Source: an uncultured Chthoniobacterales bacterium
Lineage (GTDB): Bacteria > Verrucomicrobiota > Verrucomicrobiia > Chthoniobacterales > UBA10450
Assembly (NCBI GenBank): GCA_955652155.1
Contig: CATPAT010000139.1
Location: 1-26,404, forward strand
Length of the DNA stretch: 26,404 nt
Reading direction: 5' to 3'
The translations under genes and the position numbers were made by a program. The notes below the pieces were generated by a model, which worked only from the letters and a program-made list of their open reading frames with translations, was not told the DNA's origin and did not search any database. Positions 16,517 through 25,482 of the stretch are shown here, in pieces (the stretch's first letter is position 1; each line of letters opens with the position of its first letter).

Positions 16517-17023
16517 TCAGTTCGTTTTCGGCCGGGGCGGTGACGGGATAGTCAGCTGGGCGCTGAACATTTTCTTTCCGTCAGAGAGATCGATTGAGCC
16601 GTCACCAATTCTAACGACACGCAGAATGAGCGCGACCGACGCGTTTGGCGCCTGCAAAGTAACGCTGTCCCCTTCGGCGACAGTTTTCCCGTTGATGACG
16701 GCCAACCGCGGATGACCAAGCGCAATCGCGCTTACGCGAACCATATCGGCGCTTAGTTGGATGACGATCGGCGCAGGAGGTTCGGCAGAACCGGGTTCGG
16801 CGAGACTATGGGTCCGGGCTTTGATAAAAGTAGGAAAACCAAATCGATCGCCTTCTTTTTGGCCGTGCCGACTGAAAATAATTCCGCCAATCGAAAGAAG
16901 CATCGCTCCCACGATTGCGCCGATAAATACCCAGCGCCCGTTCCCAGACATGACGCCTGCCTCTTTCAAGACAAAGGGCGAATCGGATCCGTCCTCGACA
17001 GAAGGGCTTTCCTGCGCGTCCAT
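16517..17023 (-). CDS. Single-pass membrane protein with an MshK/GspB-like C-terminal domain
   Basis: TM WVFIGAIVGAMLLSIGGIIF, Pro-rich linker, then ALGHPRLAVINGKTVAEGDSV...VVRIGDGSIDL. Likely start 17023, 17029 or 16951 rather than 17323. Confidence 0.6.
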   Translation of the reverse strand: MDAQESPSVEDGSDSPFVLKEAGVMSGNGRWVFIGAIVGAMLLSIGGIIFSRHGQKEGDRFGFPTFIKARTHSLAEPGSAEPPAPIVIQLSADMVRVSAIALGHPRLAVINGKTVAEGDSVTLQAPNASVALILRVVRIGDGSIDLSDGKKMFSAQLTIPSPPRPKTN

Positions 17024-17139
17024 CGACATGATCAAGCGCTCAGGCGGAATCCGGTTCGGCACCAGCTGCATACGATGAGTAACAGCATCGCACGGGCCAC
17101 GACTCATTCGGACCGCCGGTTTCGAGCGATTCACCTCGC

Positions 17140-17168
17140 TTGTCGGTTGCGTCGGCCTCGGATAAACT
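17140..17168 (+). promoter_or_regulatory. Putative sigma70 promoter of ccsA
   Basis: TTGTCG-N17-TAAACT, 8 nt before GTG 17177. Confidence 0.5.
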
Positions 17169-17176
17169 GCTCGAGC

Positions 17177-18898
17177 GTGAGACATCTCCACCTCGCCTTG
17201 ATGGCGGCATCTCTGGTTGCGATCACGCATTTCGACGCAATGGCTCAAGAGCGAAACTCGCCGCCGCCGGCCGCAGACACGAGCGGGCTTGATTTCCATC
17301 AGTTCGGGTTGCTCGCGGTCCAAGACGGTGGACGGCGCAAACCGATCGACACCTTTTCGCGTGAGACACTGATTCGAATCACCGGAAGATCGACATATGT
17401 CGGCAAAGCTGGACGCAAATGGCAGGCGAACGATTTCGTTTTGTCCGGCTCATTGGAAACGCACGATTGGCGGACGGAGCCGATGGTGCTGGTCTCGTTA
17501 GGCCAACTTAAGGAAAAGCTCGGCCTCGATAAGACGGAGCGCCGTTTTTCGTTTGAACAATTGGTTGGGTCAACGGAATTGCAGCGGCTCACAAACGAAG
17601 CCCACGCCTTGAAGCGCGCTGAGAAAACGCTCGATCGTGTGCAACAGGAGGCGCTGGCAGTAAGCGATCGGCTCGCCCTTTTGGCGAACGTGATGAATGG
17701 AACCGCGCTTCTGATTGTTCCCGCATCGAAGAGCGAAACCGACCCTTGGGTCGTTCCCCCAGAGTTTTCCCGGTACTACAGCGAAACGCAGTTCGCGCCG
17801 GTCCAGATCGAACTGCAAACAATGGCCACGAGTTATGTGCAGGCTGATGGCTTCAATTTCAGTCGCGCCGCCAGCCGGCTTCGTGAAAGTTTGCGTGCCC
17901 TCAGTCCTTCCGTTTATCCGCAAGAGCGACAACTGCGGCTGGAATATTTTTACAATCATTTCGAAGCGTTCTATCGCGCGATTTGGTTCTACGGGCTGGC
18001 GTTTCTGATTCTGCTGGTCGCGCACGCGCGTGGCGGCGGCCGTTTGCTTCGAACCGTCGGCGTAGCGGTTGCAACCCTCGCCATCGCTTTTCACGCCAGC
18101 GGAATCGTGATGCGCTGTTTCATCGCGGGGCGGCCGCCAGTGACGAACATGTACGAATCGGTCATCTGGGTTTCGTTCGCTGCGTCAGCGTTCGCAATGA
18201 TCTTTTACGCTCGTTACCGAACTCTGATCTATCTGATCGCTGCGTTACCGGCGACATTCCTTGCGTTGTTACTTGTCCATCAGATGCCGATCGCGATGCC
18301 CGCGAGCATCGATCCTCTCGTGCCTGTGTTACGTGATAATTTCTGGCTCACCATTCACGTGTTGACGATCACGTTGAGCTACGCCGCGTTCTTGCTCGCA
18401 TGGGCGTTCGGCAACTTAATGTTCGTTCTCTATACTGTTCAACCCGCGCGGACGCGTGAAAACGCCGCCTTACATTTCTGGCTGTACCGCATCATGCAGC
18501 TTGGCGTTCTTTTGTTGGCAGCTGGGACAATCCTTGGAGGTGTGTGGGCGAACTATTCCTGGGGCCGGTTTTGGGGCTGGGACCCGAAAGAGACCTGGGC
18601 GTTGATCGCACTGCTTTGTTATCTGACCGCGCTGCATGGTCGATTAGCCGGTTGGTGGACCGAATTTGGTCTAGTGGTGGCGAGCGTGATCTGCTTTCTG
18701 GCGGTGTTGATGGCCTGGTACGGCGTCAACTTTGTCCTCGGCAAAGGTTTGCATTCGTACGGATTCGGGATCGGCGGCGAGACCTATGTCGCGATTGGCG
18801 TGGTTCTCGATCTCCTGTTCGTGGCATTCGCGGTCTGGCGCTACCGATCAAGTAAACGCATCCCCTCCAGCACGCCGGCGGAAGCGGTGGCCGTCTAA
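17177..18898 (+). CDS. ccsA: Cytochrome c synthase CcsA/ResC (system II) with a large N-terminal periplasmic domain
   Basis: GRRKPIDTF, GRPPVTNMYES, FWLTIHV, WWD domain WGRFWGWDPKETW, GLHSYG. Signal-like N-terminus from GTG 17177 (or ATG 17201). Confidence 0.92.
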   Translation: MRHLHLALMAASLVAITHFDAMAQERNSPPPAADTSGLDFHQFGLLAVQDGGRRKPIDTFSRETLIRITGRSTYVGKAGRKWQANDFVLSGSLETHDWRTEPMVLVSLGQLKEKLGLDKTERRFSFEQLVGSTELQRLTNEAHALKRAEKTLDRVQQEALAVSDRLALLANVMNGTALLIVPASKSETDPWVVPPEFSRYYSETQFAPVQIELQTMATSYVQADGFNFSRAASRLRESLRALSPSVYPQERQLRLEYFYNHFEAFYRAIWFYGLAFLILLVAHARGGGRLLRTVGVAVATLAIAFHASGIVMRCFIAGRPPVTNMYESVIWVSFAASAFAMIFYARYRTLIYLIAALPATFLALLLVHQMPIAMPASIDPLVPVLRDNFWLTIHVLTITLSYAAFLLAWAFGNLMFVLYTVQPARTRENAALHFWLYRIMQLGVLLLAAGTILGGVWANYSWGRFWGWDPKETWALIALLCYLTALHGRLAGWWTEFGLVVASVICFLAVLMAWYGVNFVLGKGLHSYGFGIGGETYVAIGVVLDLLFVAFAVWRYRSSKRIPSSTPAEAVAV

Positions 18899-18904
18899 TC
18901 TGAC

Positions 18905-19483
18905 TTATTTCCGGGGCAAACGCGCTTCGCAGATCTCGCAAAGCACGTGAAGAATAAACTTGTGCGCTTCCTGAATTCGAGCGGTCGAATCGCTTTTCAC
19001 AATAAGATCGACATCGGCCAAGCCAGCCGCGGCTCCGCCGTCGCGGCCGAGGAGCGCGATTGTTTTTAATTTTCGATCGCGCCCTTCTTTGATCGCACGC
19101 CGGACATTTTTCGATTTGCCGCTGGTGCTGATGGTAATCAGGACGTCACCGGAATTTCCGAACGCGCACACTTGGCGCGCGAAAACTTCTTCGAAGCCGT
19201 AATCGTTTCCAATCGCAGTGACCAAACTTCCGCCCTGCGAAAGATTCATCGCCGGATACGGCCGGCGATCTTCCACAAAGCGACACGCCAGCTCGGTGCA
19301 AAAATCGGCCGCGTCCGCGGCGCTGCCGCCGTTGCCGCAAGCCAGCACCTTTTTGCCATTCGTTAGGCAATCGACGATTAAGTCGGCTGCTTTCGCGATT
19401 TGCGATTCAAGATCGACGATCGATTGCAGTGTTGTCGTCGCCGCACCGATTGCGCTCTTTAGAATTTCAGATGAGCTGCGCAT
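18905..19483 (-). CDS. gmhA: Phosphoheptose isomerase (SIS domain)
   Basis: CGNGGSAADA, IGNDYGFEEVFARQ, STSGKSKNV, TARIQEAH. Confidence 0.9.
   Translation of the reverse strand: MRSSSEILKSAIGAATTTLQSIVDLESQIAKAADLIVDCLTNGKKVLACGNGGSAADAADFCTELACRFVEDRRPYPAMNLSQGGSLVTAIGNDYGFEEVFARQVCAFGNSGDVLITISTSGKSKNVRRAIKEGRDRKLKTIALLGRDGGAAAGLADVDLIVKSDSTARIQEAHKFILHVLCEICEARLPRK
19003..19016 (+). repeat. Dispersed motif TAAGATCGACATCG, exact 14-mer copy inside gmhA (antisense)
   Basis: Encodes ADVDLI on the minus strand and lies 104 nt after the ccsA stop, in ccsA's sense orientation. Confidence 0.6.
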
Positions 19484-19496
19484 GGCGAAGGAAAAA

Positions 19497-19571
<75 letters not shown>

Positions 19572-19582
19572 ATTTCAAGCGG

Positions 19583-19610
19583 AGTGATAAGTGATCAGTG
19601 ACGAGTGGCC
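19583..19610. repeat. Degenerate heptamer tandem repeat (4 units)
   Basis: AGTGATA AGTGATC AGTGACG AGTGGCC, just upstream of the tRNA. Confidence 0.6.
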
Positions 19611-19618
19611 GGTCAAGA

Positions 19619-19637
19619 GCAAGATGTCCCATCTTGC
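19619..19637 (-). terminator. Hairpin after the HTH-REC gene (possible terminator or processing stem)
   Basis: Minus strand GCAAGATG-GGA-CATCTTGC, an 8-bp stem followed by TCTT only (weak U tract). Confidence 0.35.
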
Positions 19638-19652
19638 CGGAGCGGGTGGCTC

Positions 19653-20204
19653 TTACGCGGCGAGCTTGACCGCTTCTTTGTGGCCGAGAATGCGAACTGT
19701 CTCTTTCAATTGCTCGACCTTGAGCGGCTTTTTCAAAACCGTGATCGGCCCTTTCGTCAAAATTCGGTCGAGCATCGCGCTGTCCGGATAACCGGTGATG
19801 ATGATAATCGGACAGCCGGGCTGGTCTTGCTTGATCGCATCGTAAACGTCGTCGGCCGGACCGTCCGGCAATTTTAAATCGAGAAACACGAGATCGAATT
19901 TTTGTTTTTCGAGCGCAGCCAAGGCTTCTTTCACCGTGCCAACAACGACGCGGCTGAAACCGATTTTCCGGAGGAAGAGCTTGAAAAGGTTTTGCAAGCT
20001 TTCGTCGTCGTCGACCACAAGGACGGTGGGTTGGCCGGATTTGTCTTCCTTAAGAATGTCTTTATCAAGGGAGGATTTTTTGATCCGCCAGCGACCGCCG
20101 ATTTGGATAGCGGGAAGCTGGCCGCGCTGGACGAGGTAATAAACGGTCGGCAACGGGATACGGAGATATTTGGCCGTTTCCTTAACCGTTAGGAGGTTAT
20201 GCAT
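19653..20204 (-). CDS. Response regulator with an N-terminal excisionase-type HTH (HTH_17) and a C-terminal receiver domain
   Basis: LLTVKETAKYLRI...GQLPAIQIGGRWRI, then VLVVDDD, FLDLKLPDG (phospho-Asp), IITGY, and KP. Confidence 0.9.
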   Translation of the reverse strand: MHNLLTVKETAKYLRIPLPTVYYLVQRGQLPAIQIGGRWRIKKSSLDKDILKEDKSGQPTVLVVDDDESLQNLFKLFLRKIGFSRVVVGTVKEALAALEKQKFDLVFLDLKLPDGPADDVYDAIKQDQPGCPIIIITGYPDSAMLDRILTKGPITVLKKPLKVEQLKETVRILGHKEAVKLAA

Positions 20205-20259
20205 GTGGGGAAATCACCAATTCGCGGGAAAATGGGCAAGACATTTCGCTTAGCTGAGC

Positions 20260-20285
20260 ATTATAAATTCTAGAATCGATGTCAA
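20260..20285 (-). promoter_or_regulatory. Consensus -35/-10 hexamers with a short 14-bp spacer containing a palindrome
   Basis: TTGACA (20285-20280)-N14-TATAAT (20265-20260), with ATTCTAGAAT (20267-20276) in the spacer. Confidence 0.55.
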
Positions 20286-20388
20286 TCCTTTCTTTGGGCG
20301 GGGAGGAGCCTAACGATTCGCTAACCGGATGCCCGAGGGCACTCGCGACTGGACAATGCTGGGCTAGAGGGTGACTATTCGCTTTTCG

Positions 20389-21006
20389 ATGAGCGCCCTT
20401 TTCTTCAAACGATTCCTGAAGCGCCCGTTCCAAATTGCGTCGATTATACCCAGTTCCAAGGCGTTGGTCGAACGGGTGGCGGATAAAATCGATTTTGACC
20501 AGGCGCGCGTGATCGCGGAGTACGGTCCCGGCGAAGGGGTGCATTCGCGCGAGATCGCGCGCCGGATGCGACCGGATTGTCAATTGCTTCTCTTTGAGCT
20601 CGACGCTGCTTTCTCGCGCGATTTACAGCGTCAATTTAGAGGGGATCCGCGGGTGCATGTGATCAACGACAACGCTGCGCACCTGCCGTTGGAATTACGC
20701 CGACGCGGCATCGACGCGTGCGACTATATCGTTTCCGGCATCCCGTTTAGCATTCTGCAGATCGACAAGAAGCGGGCTTTGCTCCAACAAACCCATGACG
20801 CGCTCGCAGCTGGCGGTCGGTTTATCATTTATCAAGTCACGAACGAGCTGAAGCAGCACGCTAAAATTTTCGACCGTGCCGAATCCCAATATTTCCTGCA
20901 AAACATTCCGCCGATGTTCATCACGGTTTTTGAGAAATCGAACGGCCGCAACGGCGAATCGCATTTATCCCTTCAGGAAAGTCGAGCTTCCGCAAATAAC
21001 GCATGA
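20389..21006 (+). CDS. SAM-dependent methyltransferase, phospholipid N-methyltransferase (PmtA)-like
   Basis: FFKRFLKRPFQIASIIPSSKAL, EYGPGEG, IVSGIPF, GGRFIIYQ, QNIPP. Start ATG 20389 (or GTG 20371). Confidence 0.8.
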   Translation: MSALFFKRFLKRPFQIASIIPSSKALVERVADKIDFDQARVIAEYGPGEGVHSREIARRMRPDCQLLLFELDAAFSRDLQRQFRGDPRVHVINDNAAHLPLELRRRGIDACDYIVSGIPFSILQIDKKRALLQQTHDALAAGGRFIIYQVTNELKQHAKIFDRAESQYFLQNIPPMFITVFEKSNGRNGESHLSLQESRASANNA

Positions 21007-22418
21007 CCGGCGGCCGGAAGCGGATGGAAAAGGATTCAATGGGAGAAATGTCGCTCCCCGAATCCGCTCTCTATGGCGCTTCCACCCAGCGCGCTCTCCT
21101 GAATTTTCCGGTGAGCGGTTACCGTTTCTCCCGCCCGTTCATTCGTGCGCTCGGCTTGATTAAGTGGGCCGCGGCCCAGGCTAATCACGATCTCGGTTTA
21201 CTCGACGCCGAGCGCGCCGCCTTGATCGTGCAAGCAGCCGAAGAAGTGATCGAGGGCAAATTGGACGACCATTTTCCGCTCGACATATTCCAGACCGGTT
21301 CGGGCACGAGCACCAACACGAACGGAAACGAAGTGATCGCCAACCGTTGCGCGCAATTGGCCGGCAAAAAGATCGGCTCGCGCGAGCTGGTGCATCCGAA
21401 TGATCACGTCAACATGGGTCAGTCGAGCAACGACGTTATCCCATCGGCGATTCACATCAGCGCCGCCGAACAGTTGAAAAATCATTTGGTGCCGGCGCTC
21501 GGAAAACTGCAGGGCGCACTCGACGCGAAAACAAAAGAGTTTTGGGACATTATCAAAATTGGTCGAACGCATTTGATGGATGCGACCCCGGTGCGACTCG
21601 GCCAGGAATTTTCGGGTTACGCGCAGCAAATCGCCTACGGAAAGCAGCGAACGGAAAAATCGATCGACGTTCTGCGTGAGCTTGCGCTTGGTGGCACCGC
21701 GGTTGGAACCGGTTTGAACCGCCACGTCGATCTTCCAGGCAAAATGCTGCGGCACATTGAACAGCGGACTGGGATCGCGTTTTACGAAGCGAAAAATCAT
21801 TTCGAAGCGCAGAGCGGCAAAGACGCAGTCGTGGAAGCAAGCGGCCAGCTCAAGACCATTGCAGTTAGTTTATTTAAGATCGCGAACGACATTCGCCTGT
21901 TAGGCAGTGGCCCGCGTTGCGGCATTGGCGAGATTCAATTGCCAGCCACCCAACCGGGCAGCTCGATCATGCCCGGCAAAGTGAATCCAGTGATGTGCGA
22001 ATCGATGATGATGGTTTGCGCTCAAGTCTTCGGCAACGACGCCGCCATTACCTGGGCGGGCGCGAATGGAAATTTTGAGCTCAACGTGATGATGCCGGTA
22101 ATGGCGCATGACCTTCTCGAATCAACCCGGCTGCTTGCCAATGTGGTCGATGTCTTCTGTGAAAAATGCGTGACTGGGATCACGGCGAACAAAGCCCGTT
22201 GCGAAGAATTGGTCGAGCTTTCCATGGCGATGGTGACGAGTCTTGCGCCCAAGATCGGTTACGACCGCGCGGCCGAGCTCGCCAAAGAAAGCGTGCGAAC
22301 CGGCAAGACTGTTCGCGAACTTTGCCGGGAGAAAAAAATCTTGCCGGAAAAAGAACTCTCGCGCGCGCTTGATCCCGTTTCGATGACTGAACCCGGCGGC
22401 ACTGGTTCGGGCGGCTAG
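21003..22418 (+). CDS. fumC: Class II fumarate hydratase
   Basis: RMEKDSMG, QTGSGTS, HPNDHVNMGQSSND, KIGRTHLMDATP, and signature GSSIMPGKVNP. ATGA overlap with the methyltransferase. Confidence 0.93.
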   Translation: MTGGRKRMEKDSMGEMSLPESALYGASTQRALLNFPVSGYRFSRPFIRALGLIKWAAAQANHDLGLLDAERAALIVQAAEEVIEGKLDDHFPLDIFQTGSGTSTNTNGNEVIANRCAQLAGKKIGSRELVHPNDHVNMGQSSNDVIPSAIHISAAEQLKNHLVPALGKLQGALDAKTKEFWDIIKIGRTHLMDATPVRLGQEFSGYAQQIAYGKQRTEKSIDVLRELALGGTAVGTGLNRHVDLPGKMLRHIEQRTGIAFYEAKNHFEAQSGKDAVVEASGQLKTIAVSLFKIANDIRLLGSGPRCGIGEIQLPATQPGSSIMPGKVNPVMCESMMMVCAQVFGNDAAITWAGANGNFELNVMMPVMAHDLLESTRLLANVVDVFCEKCVTGITANKARCEELVELSMAMVTSLAPKIGYDRAAELAKESVRTGKTVRELCREKKILPEKELSRALDPVSMTEPGGTGSGG

Positions 22419-22420
22419 AG

Positions 22421-22927
22421 ATGTCGATCCAACGATTGATCGGGGCACTGTTTCTGGCGATCGGCCTAACGAATATGGTGATAGCCGCGGATTCGCGACC
22501 CGACGTAGCTCAGATCATTAACAAAACGGAAGCGTCCGCCATTTTGGGCGAACCGGTAAAAGATCCAAGCCAGCGGAGCGGCGACGGGACGGACGGTTAT
22601 TATTCCAAATGCAATTATTACAGCGTTCGGCGCGGCAAATCGTTGATCATTCGCCTGCAGGTGCCGGGACCGAACGCGATCGGTCCGCAAAAAGAACTTG
22701 AGCTGTTGGTGGCAGCGAACGGCACGATGGAAAAAGTTTCCGATGTTGGCGACGCCGCCCAAATGTTTACCGGCGGCGCGGAAAGCGGGTTCGCTTCGAG
22801 AATGCTGATGCTCTACGTCGCCAAAGGCAACACGTTCCTCACCGTCGGTCTCGCCGGTTTTGGAGACGACGCGGTGGCGCTGGAAAAGGCAAAGACCGTC
22901 GCGCAGAAATTGCTCGAGCATCTTTGA
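22421..22927 (+). CDS. Exported hypothetical protein
   Basis: Signal peptide, Cys in KCNYY, and a VSDVGDAA motif typical of DUF3558-like small secreted proteins (family call is tentative). 2 nt after fumC. Confidence 0.7.
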   Translation: MSIQRLIGALFLAIGLTNMVIAADSRPDVAQIINKTEASAILGEPVKDPSQRSGDGTDGYYSKCNYYSVRRGKSLIIRLQVPGPNAIGPQKELELLVAANGTMEKVSDVGDAAQMFTGGAESGFASRMLMLYVAKGNTFLTVGLAGFGDDAVALEKAKTVAQKLLEHL

Positions 22928-22958
22928 CCGCAGCCAACGGCGAGCTTAGATCGACAAT

Positions 22959-23336
22959 ATGGTGGCCAAACTCGACGGACCGCAGTTTTCCGGTGGCGCC
23001 AATATTGCAATCAAATGTCCCGCGCACACATACGATCAAACAGTCGCCTTTTATCGCGACACCCTCGCGCTGCCATTGATCGAAGAAGAATCCGATGGCT
23101 GCATTTTTCAGTTCGGTCCGAACCGGCTCTGGATCGACAAAGTGCCGAATCTGAGTCATCCCGATATTTGGCTCGAGATCGAGACGAACGACACCGAGGC
23201 CGCCTCGTCGTTTCTAAAGATTCACGGCGTCGCGCGTCGCGATGAAGTGGAAAATCTGCGCGAAGATTTCAACGGCTTCTTCATCTCCGATCCCGCCGGC
23301 GTCGTTCATCTCGTGGTCGGCCCGGAAGAAGTTTAA
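22959..23336 (+). CDS. VOC/glyoxalase-like protein
   Basis: NIAIKCP, TVAFYRDTLALP, FQFG, WLEIET, FFISDPAGVVHLV. Confidence 0.8.
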   Translation: MVAKLDGPQFSGGANIAIKCPAHTYDQTVAFYRDTLALPLIEEESDGCIFQFGPNRLWIDKVPNLSHPDIWLEIETNDTEAASSFLKIHGVARRDEVENLREDFNGFFISDPAGVVHLVVGPEEV

Positions 23337-23342
23337 ACTCGA

Positions 23343-23354
23343 ATGTCGATCTTA
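23343..23354 (-). repeat. Dispersed motif TAAGATCGACAT (12-mer copy) supplying the GNAT stop codon
   Basis: Occupies the short gap between two convergent stop codons. Confidence 0.7.
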
Positions 23355-23840
23355 AACGGGGCGACCCATGATGGTCAGGTCGCGTTCCACAGCATCGAGT
23401 TGCGCGATGCGCGGAAGTAATCCCCAGCGCTCGAAGCCAAGTTGTTCGAACAATCGTAAGCTTGGTTCGTTGTGCGCGAAAATCAGACCAACCATCGCCT
23501 TGATCTGAAGGGACGGCGCGCGAGCGATCGCTTCCCCGAGTAATGTTCGGCCGACTCCGCGCCGCCGGAGTCGTTCATCGACATAGACGCTCACTTCAGC
23601 CGTTCCGCGATAAGCGCAGCGCGGCAAAAAAGGTTTTAACGTGAGCCATCCGGCGATTTTGCGGTCGATTTCCAAAACCCAAAATGGATGTCGATCCGGG
23701 GAATGCTCCTTTAACCAGTTCCGTCGTTCGTCCAGCGTGACCTGCTCCAACTGCGCAGTAGCAACACGAGTCGCGACCGCGGCGTTGTAAATTTTAATGA
23801 TCGCGGGCAAATCGGACTCAACCGCGTCGCGGATTTTCAT
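23352..23840 (-). CDS. GNAT N-acetyltransferase, YncA/phosphinothricin acetyltransferase family
   Basis: MKIRDAVESDLPAIIKIYN, AYRGTAEVSVYV, RRRGVGRTLL, HNEPSLRLFEQLGF. Likely start 23840. Confidence 0.9.
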   Translation of the reverse strand: MKIRDAVESDLPAIIKIYNAAVATRVATAQLEQVTLDERRNWLKEHSPDRHPFWVLEIDRKIAGWLTLKPFLPRCAYRGTAEVSVYVDERLRRRGVGRTLLGEAIARAPSLQIKAMVGLIFAHNEPSLRLFEQLGFERWGLLPRIAQLDAVERDLTIMGRPV

Positions 23841-23884
23841 TTCTTCCGCTGTCTCTGGCCGTCGATGTTCAACCGCAACCCCGC

Positions 23885-24730
23885 TCATGCTGCCGGGAAA
23901 AATGCGTTCTCGAAAGTCGGCTGAAATGCGCCGAGCTCAGTCTCGCCGATGCGAAACCTCGGACTGATATCCGATTGGGTAGCACAAAAAAGTTCGATAT
24001 CGATCTTGCCGCATTTGCTGAGCGCCTCGCGTACAGTTTGGAGCGCGAGCCCGGGGGTGTTGCAATCGCGGCTAAGATGTCCAAGCACGACCCGATCAAT
24101 TTTTCCGGGAAGCAATTCTTCGATCACGGTGGCGGCCGCGTTATTGGAAAGATGCCCGTGCCGCGACTGGATCCGCTGTTTCACCGGCCAGGGCCGATGT
24201 GTGTCGCTCTGTAACAGTTTCTCGTCATGGTTGGTTTCGATCACGAGCGTGTGCACTTGTCGAAGGCGTTCCACAATCATCTTTGTGGCGTAACCGAGGT
24301 CGGTGATAAACCCGAGGCCGCGCGCTCCGGCATAAAACGCGAAGCCGACGGGATCGACCGCGTCGTGCGGCACCGGAAAAGTTTGGACAAGGACGTCGCA
24401 AATCTTGAACTCGGCGCCGGTGCGAAAGATTCGCCAGTTCCGATGTCGATCCAACGCGCCGTCGGAACGGACTGCTTCGGCGGTTTGCGCGTTCGCATAA
24501 ATCGGCAGATCGAATTTGCGACAGAGCACCTCCAGCCCGCAAACGTGATCGCCATGCTCGTGTGTAAGCAGAACGCCATCCAGCTGTTCGGCCATCACGC
24601 CGCACTGTTCGAGGCGCAATACGATTTGTCGCGCGCTCAGGCCGCCATCGATCAGAATTTTGCAATGATCGGTCGCGACCAGCGCGCTATTCCCGGCACT
24701 GCCGCTCCCGAGCATCGTCAAACTGAACAC
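23885..24730 (-). CDS. MBL-fold metallo-hydrolase, YycJ/WalJ family
   Basis: LGSGSAGNS, LIDGG, THEHGDH, PHDAVDP, TDLG, ETNHD, GHLSN, GHLSRDCN. Confidence 0.9.
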   Translation of the reverse strand: MFSLTMLGSGSAGNSALVATDHCKILIDGGLSARQIVLRLEQCGVMAEQLDGVLLTHEHGDHVCGLEVLCRKFDLPIYANAQTAEAVRSDGALDRHRNWRIFRTGAEFKICDVLVQTFPVPHDAVDPVGFAFYAGARGLGFITDLGYATKMIVERLRQVHTLVIETNHDEKLLQSDTHRPWPVKQRIQSRHGHLSNNAAATVIEELLPGKIDRVVLGHLSRDCNTPGLALQTVREALSKCGKIDIELFCATQSDISPRFRIGETELGAFQPTFENAFFPAA

Positions 24731-24753
24731 GACCGGTATTTAGCGACTGCGTG

Positions 24754-25482
24754 TCAGTTTTCGCAAATTAAATTCACGCGCCGCGATAAAATTTCGCCGC
24801 CTGGCAGCGCGAGGATTCGTTTTTTCTTGTCGGAATAATCGAGGGATCGGAAACGCCGAATTTCATCAAGCCGCCGTGCACCGTTCAGGGTGTCGAGATA
24901 GTGAGTGTAACTCGAGGCCAGCTCGGTTGTCTCCAGATAACGCGCCCGGAGGTTGCGATCGCGAAACGCTTCCGGGCATTGCCGTGCGAAAAGATGAAAG
25001 CGGAGCCAGCGGCGGTCAGTGCGTGAAACGCGTTGGGTTTTTCGAAAGAAGGCAACGAACAAAAGAAGAACAAGATAGGTATCGACCTGCGCCTGGAGCT
25101 CGAGATTGCGAGCAAAATCTTCCGAGGCGATCTCACGCGCGCCATTTTTAAACTGAAGCGCGGCGTGGAGGGCGTGATTGATTTCTTCTACGAACGCGAT
25201 GAGCGAACGGATATTGTGATCGCTCAGGCCAGCGCGCGGGTCGTGTCGCTCGAGTTGTTCGATCAGCCAACGTGAATAATAAATACCGACGTAAAGGCGA
25301 TCATCGGCCGTGCGCAGAAATGTGCGGGCAAGCTCACTCAATTCGCGGGCCGCTTTGCCAGCCAAGATCGACAATTGCCCGCAGCGGTGCCGATCAATCA
25401 GGCAATCTTCGAGATTGATCCCAACCTGCGCGTACGTGCGCTCGAAAAGCTTTTGGATTTGACTGAAAAGGCTCTCGTTCAC
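24754..25482 (-). CDS. Conserved-looking hypothetical protein with an EExxH..H / ELQAQVD putative metal site
   Basis: 242-aa ORF with GTGA overlap with the upstream gene; motifs VEEINHALH and LELQAQVD. Confidence 0.75.
   Translation of the reverse strand: MNESLFSQIQKLFERTYAQVGINLEDCLIDRHRCGQLSILAGKAARELSELARTFLRTADDRLYVGIYYSRWLIEQLERHDPRAGLSDHNIRSLIAFVEEINHALHAALQFKNGAREIASEDFARNLELQAQVDTYLVLLLFVAFFRKTQRVSRTDRRWLRFHLFARQCPEAFRDRNLRARYLETTELASSYTHYLDTLNGARRLDEIRRFRSLDYSDKKKRILALPGGEILSRRVNLICEN

Noticed and set aside
16757-17176. N-terminal extension of CcsA, and 17024-17323 extension of the opposite-strand ORF
   Set aside because: These are mutual antisense overlaps of two real divergent genes. 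A promoter and signal peptide support a start at 17177.
23352-23840. GNAT as ArsN (arsinothricin acetyltransferase) belonging to the arsR unit
   Set aside because: It lies about 10 kb away in a different operon, and YncA-type GNATs are common housekeeping genes.
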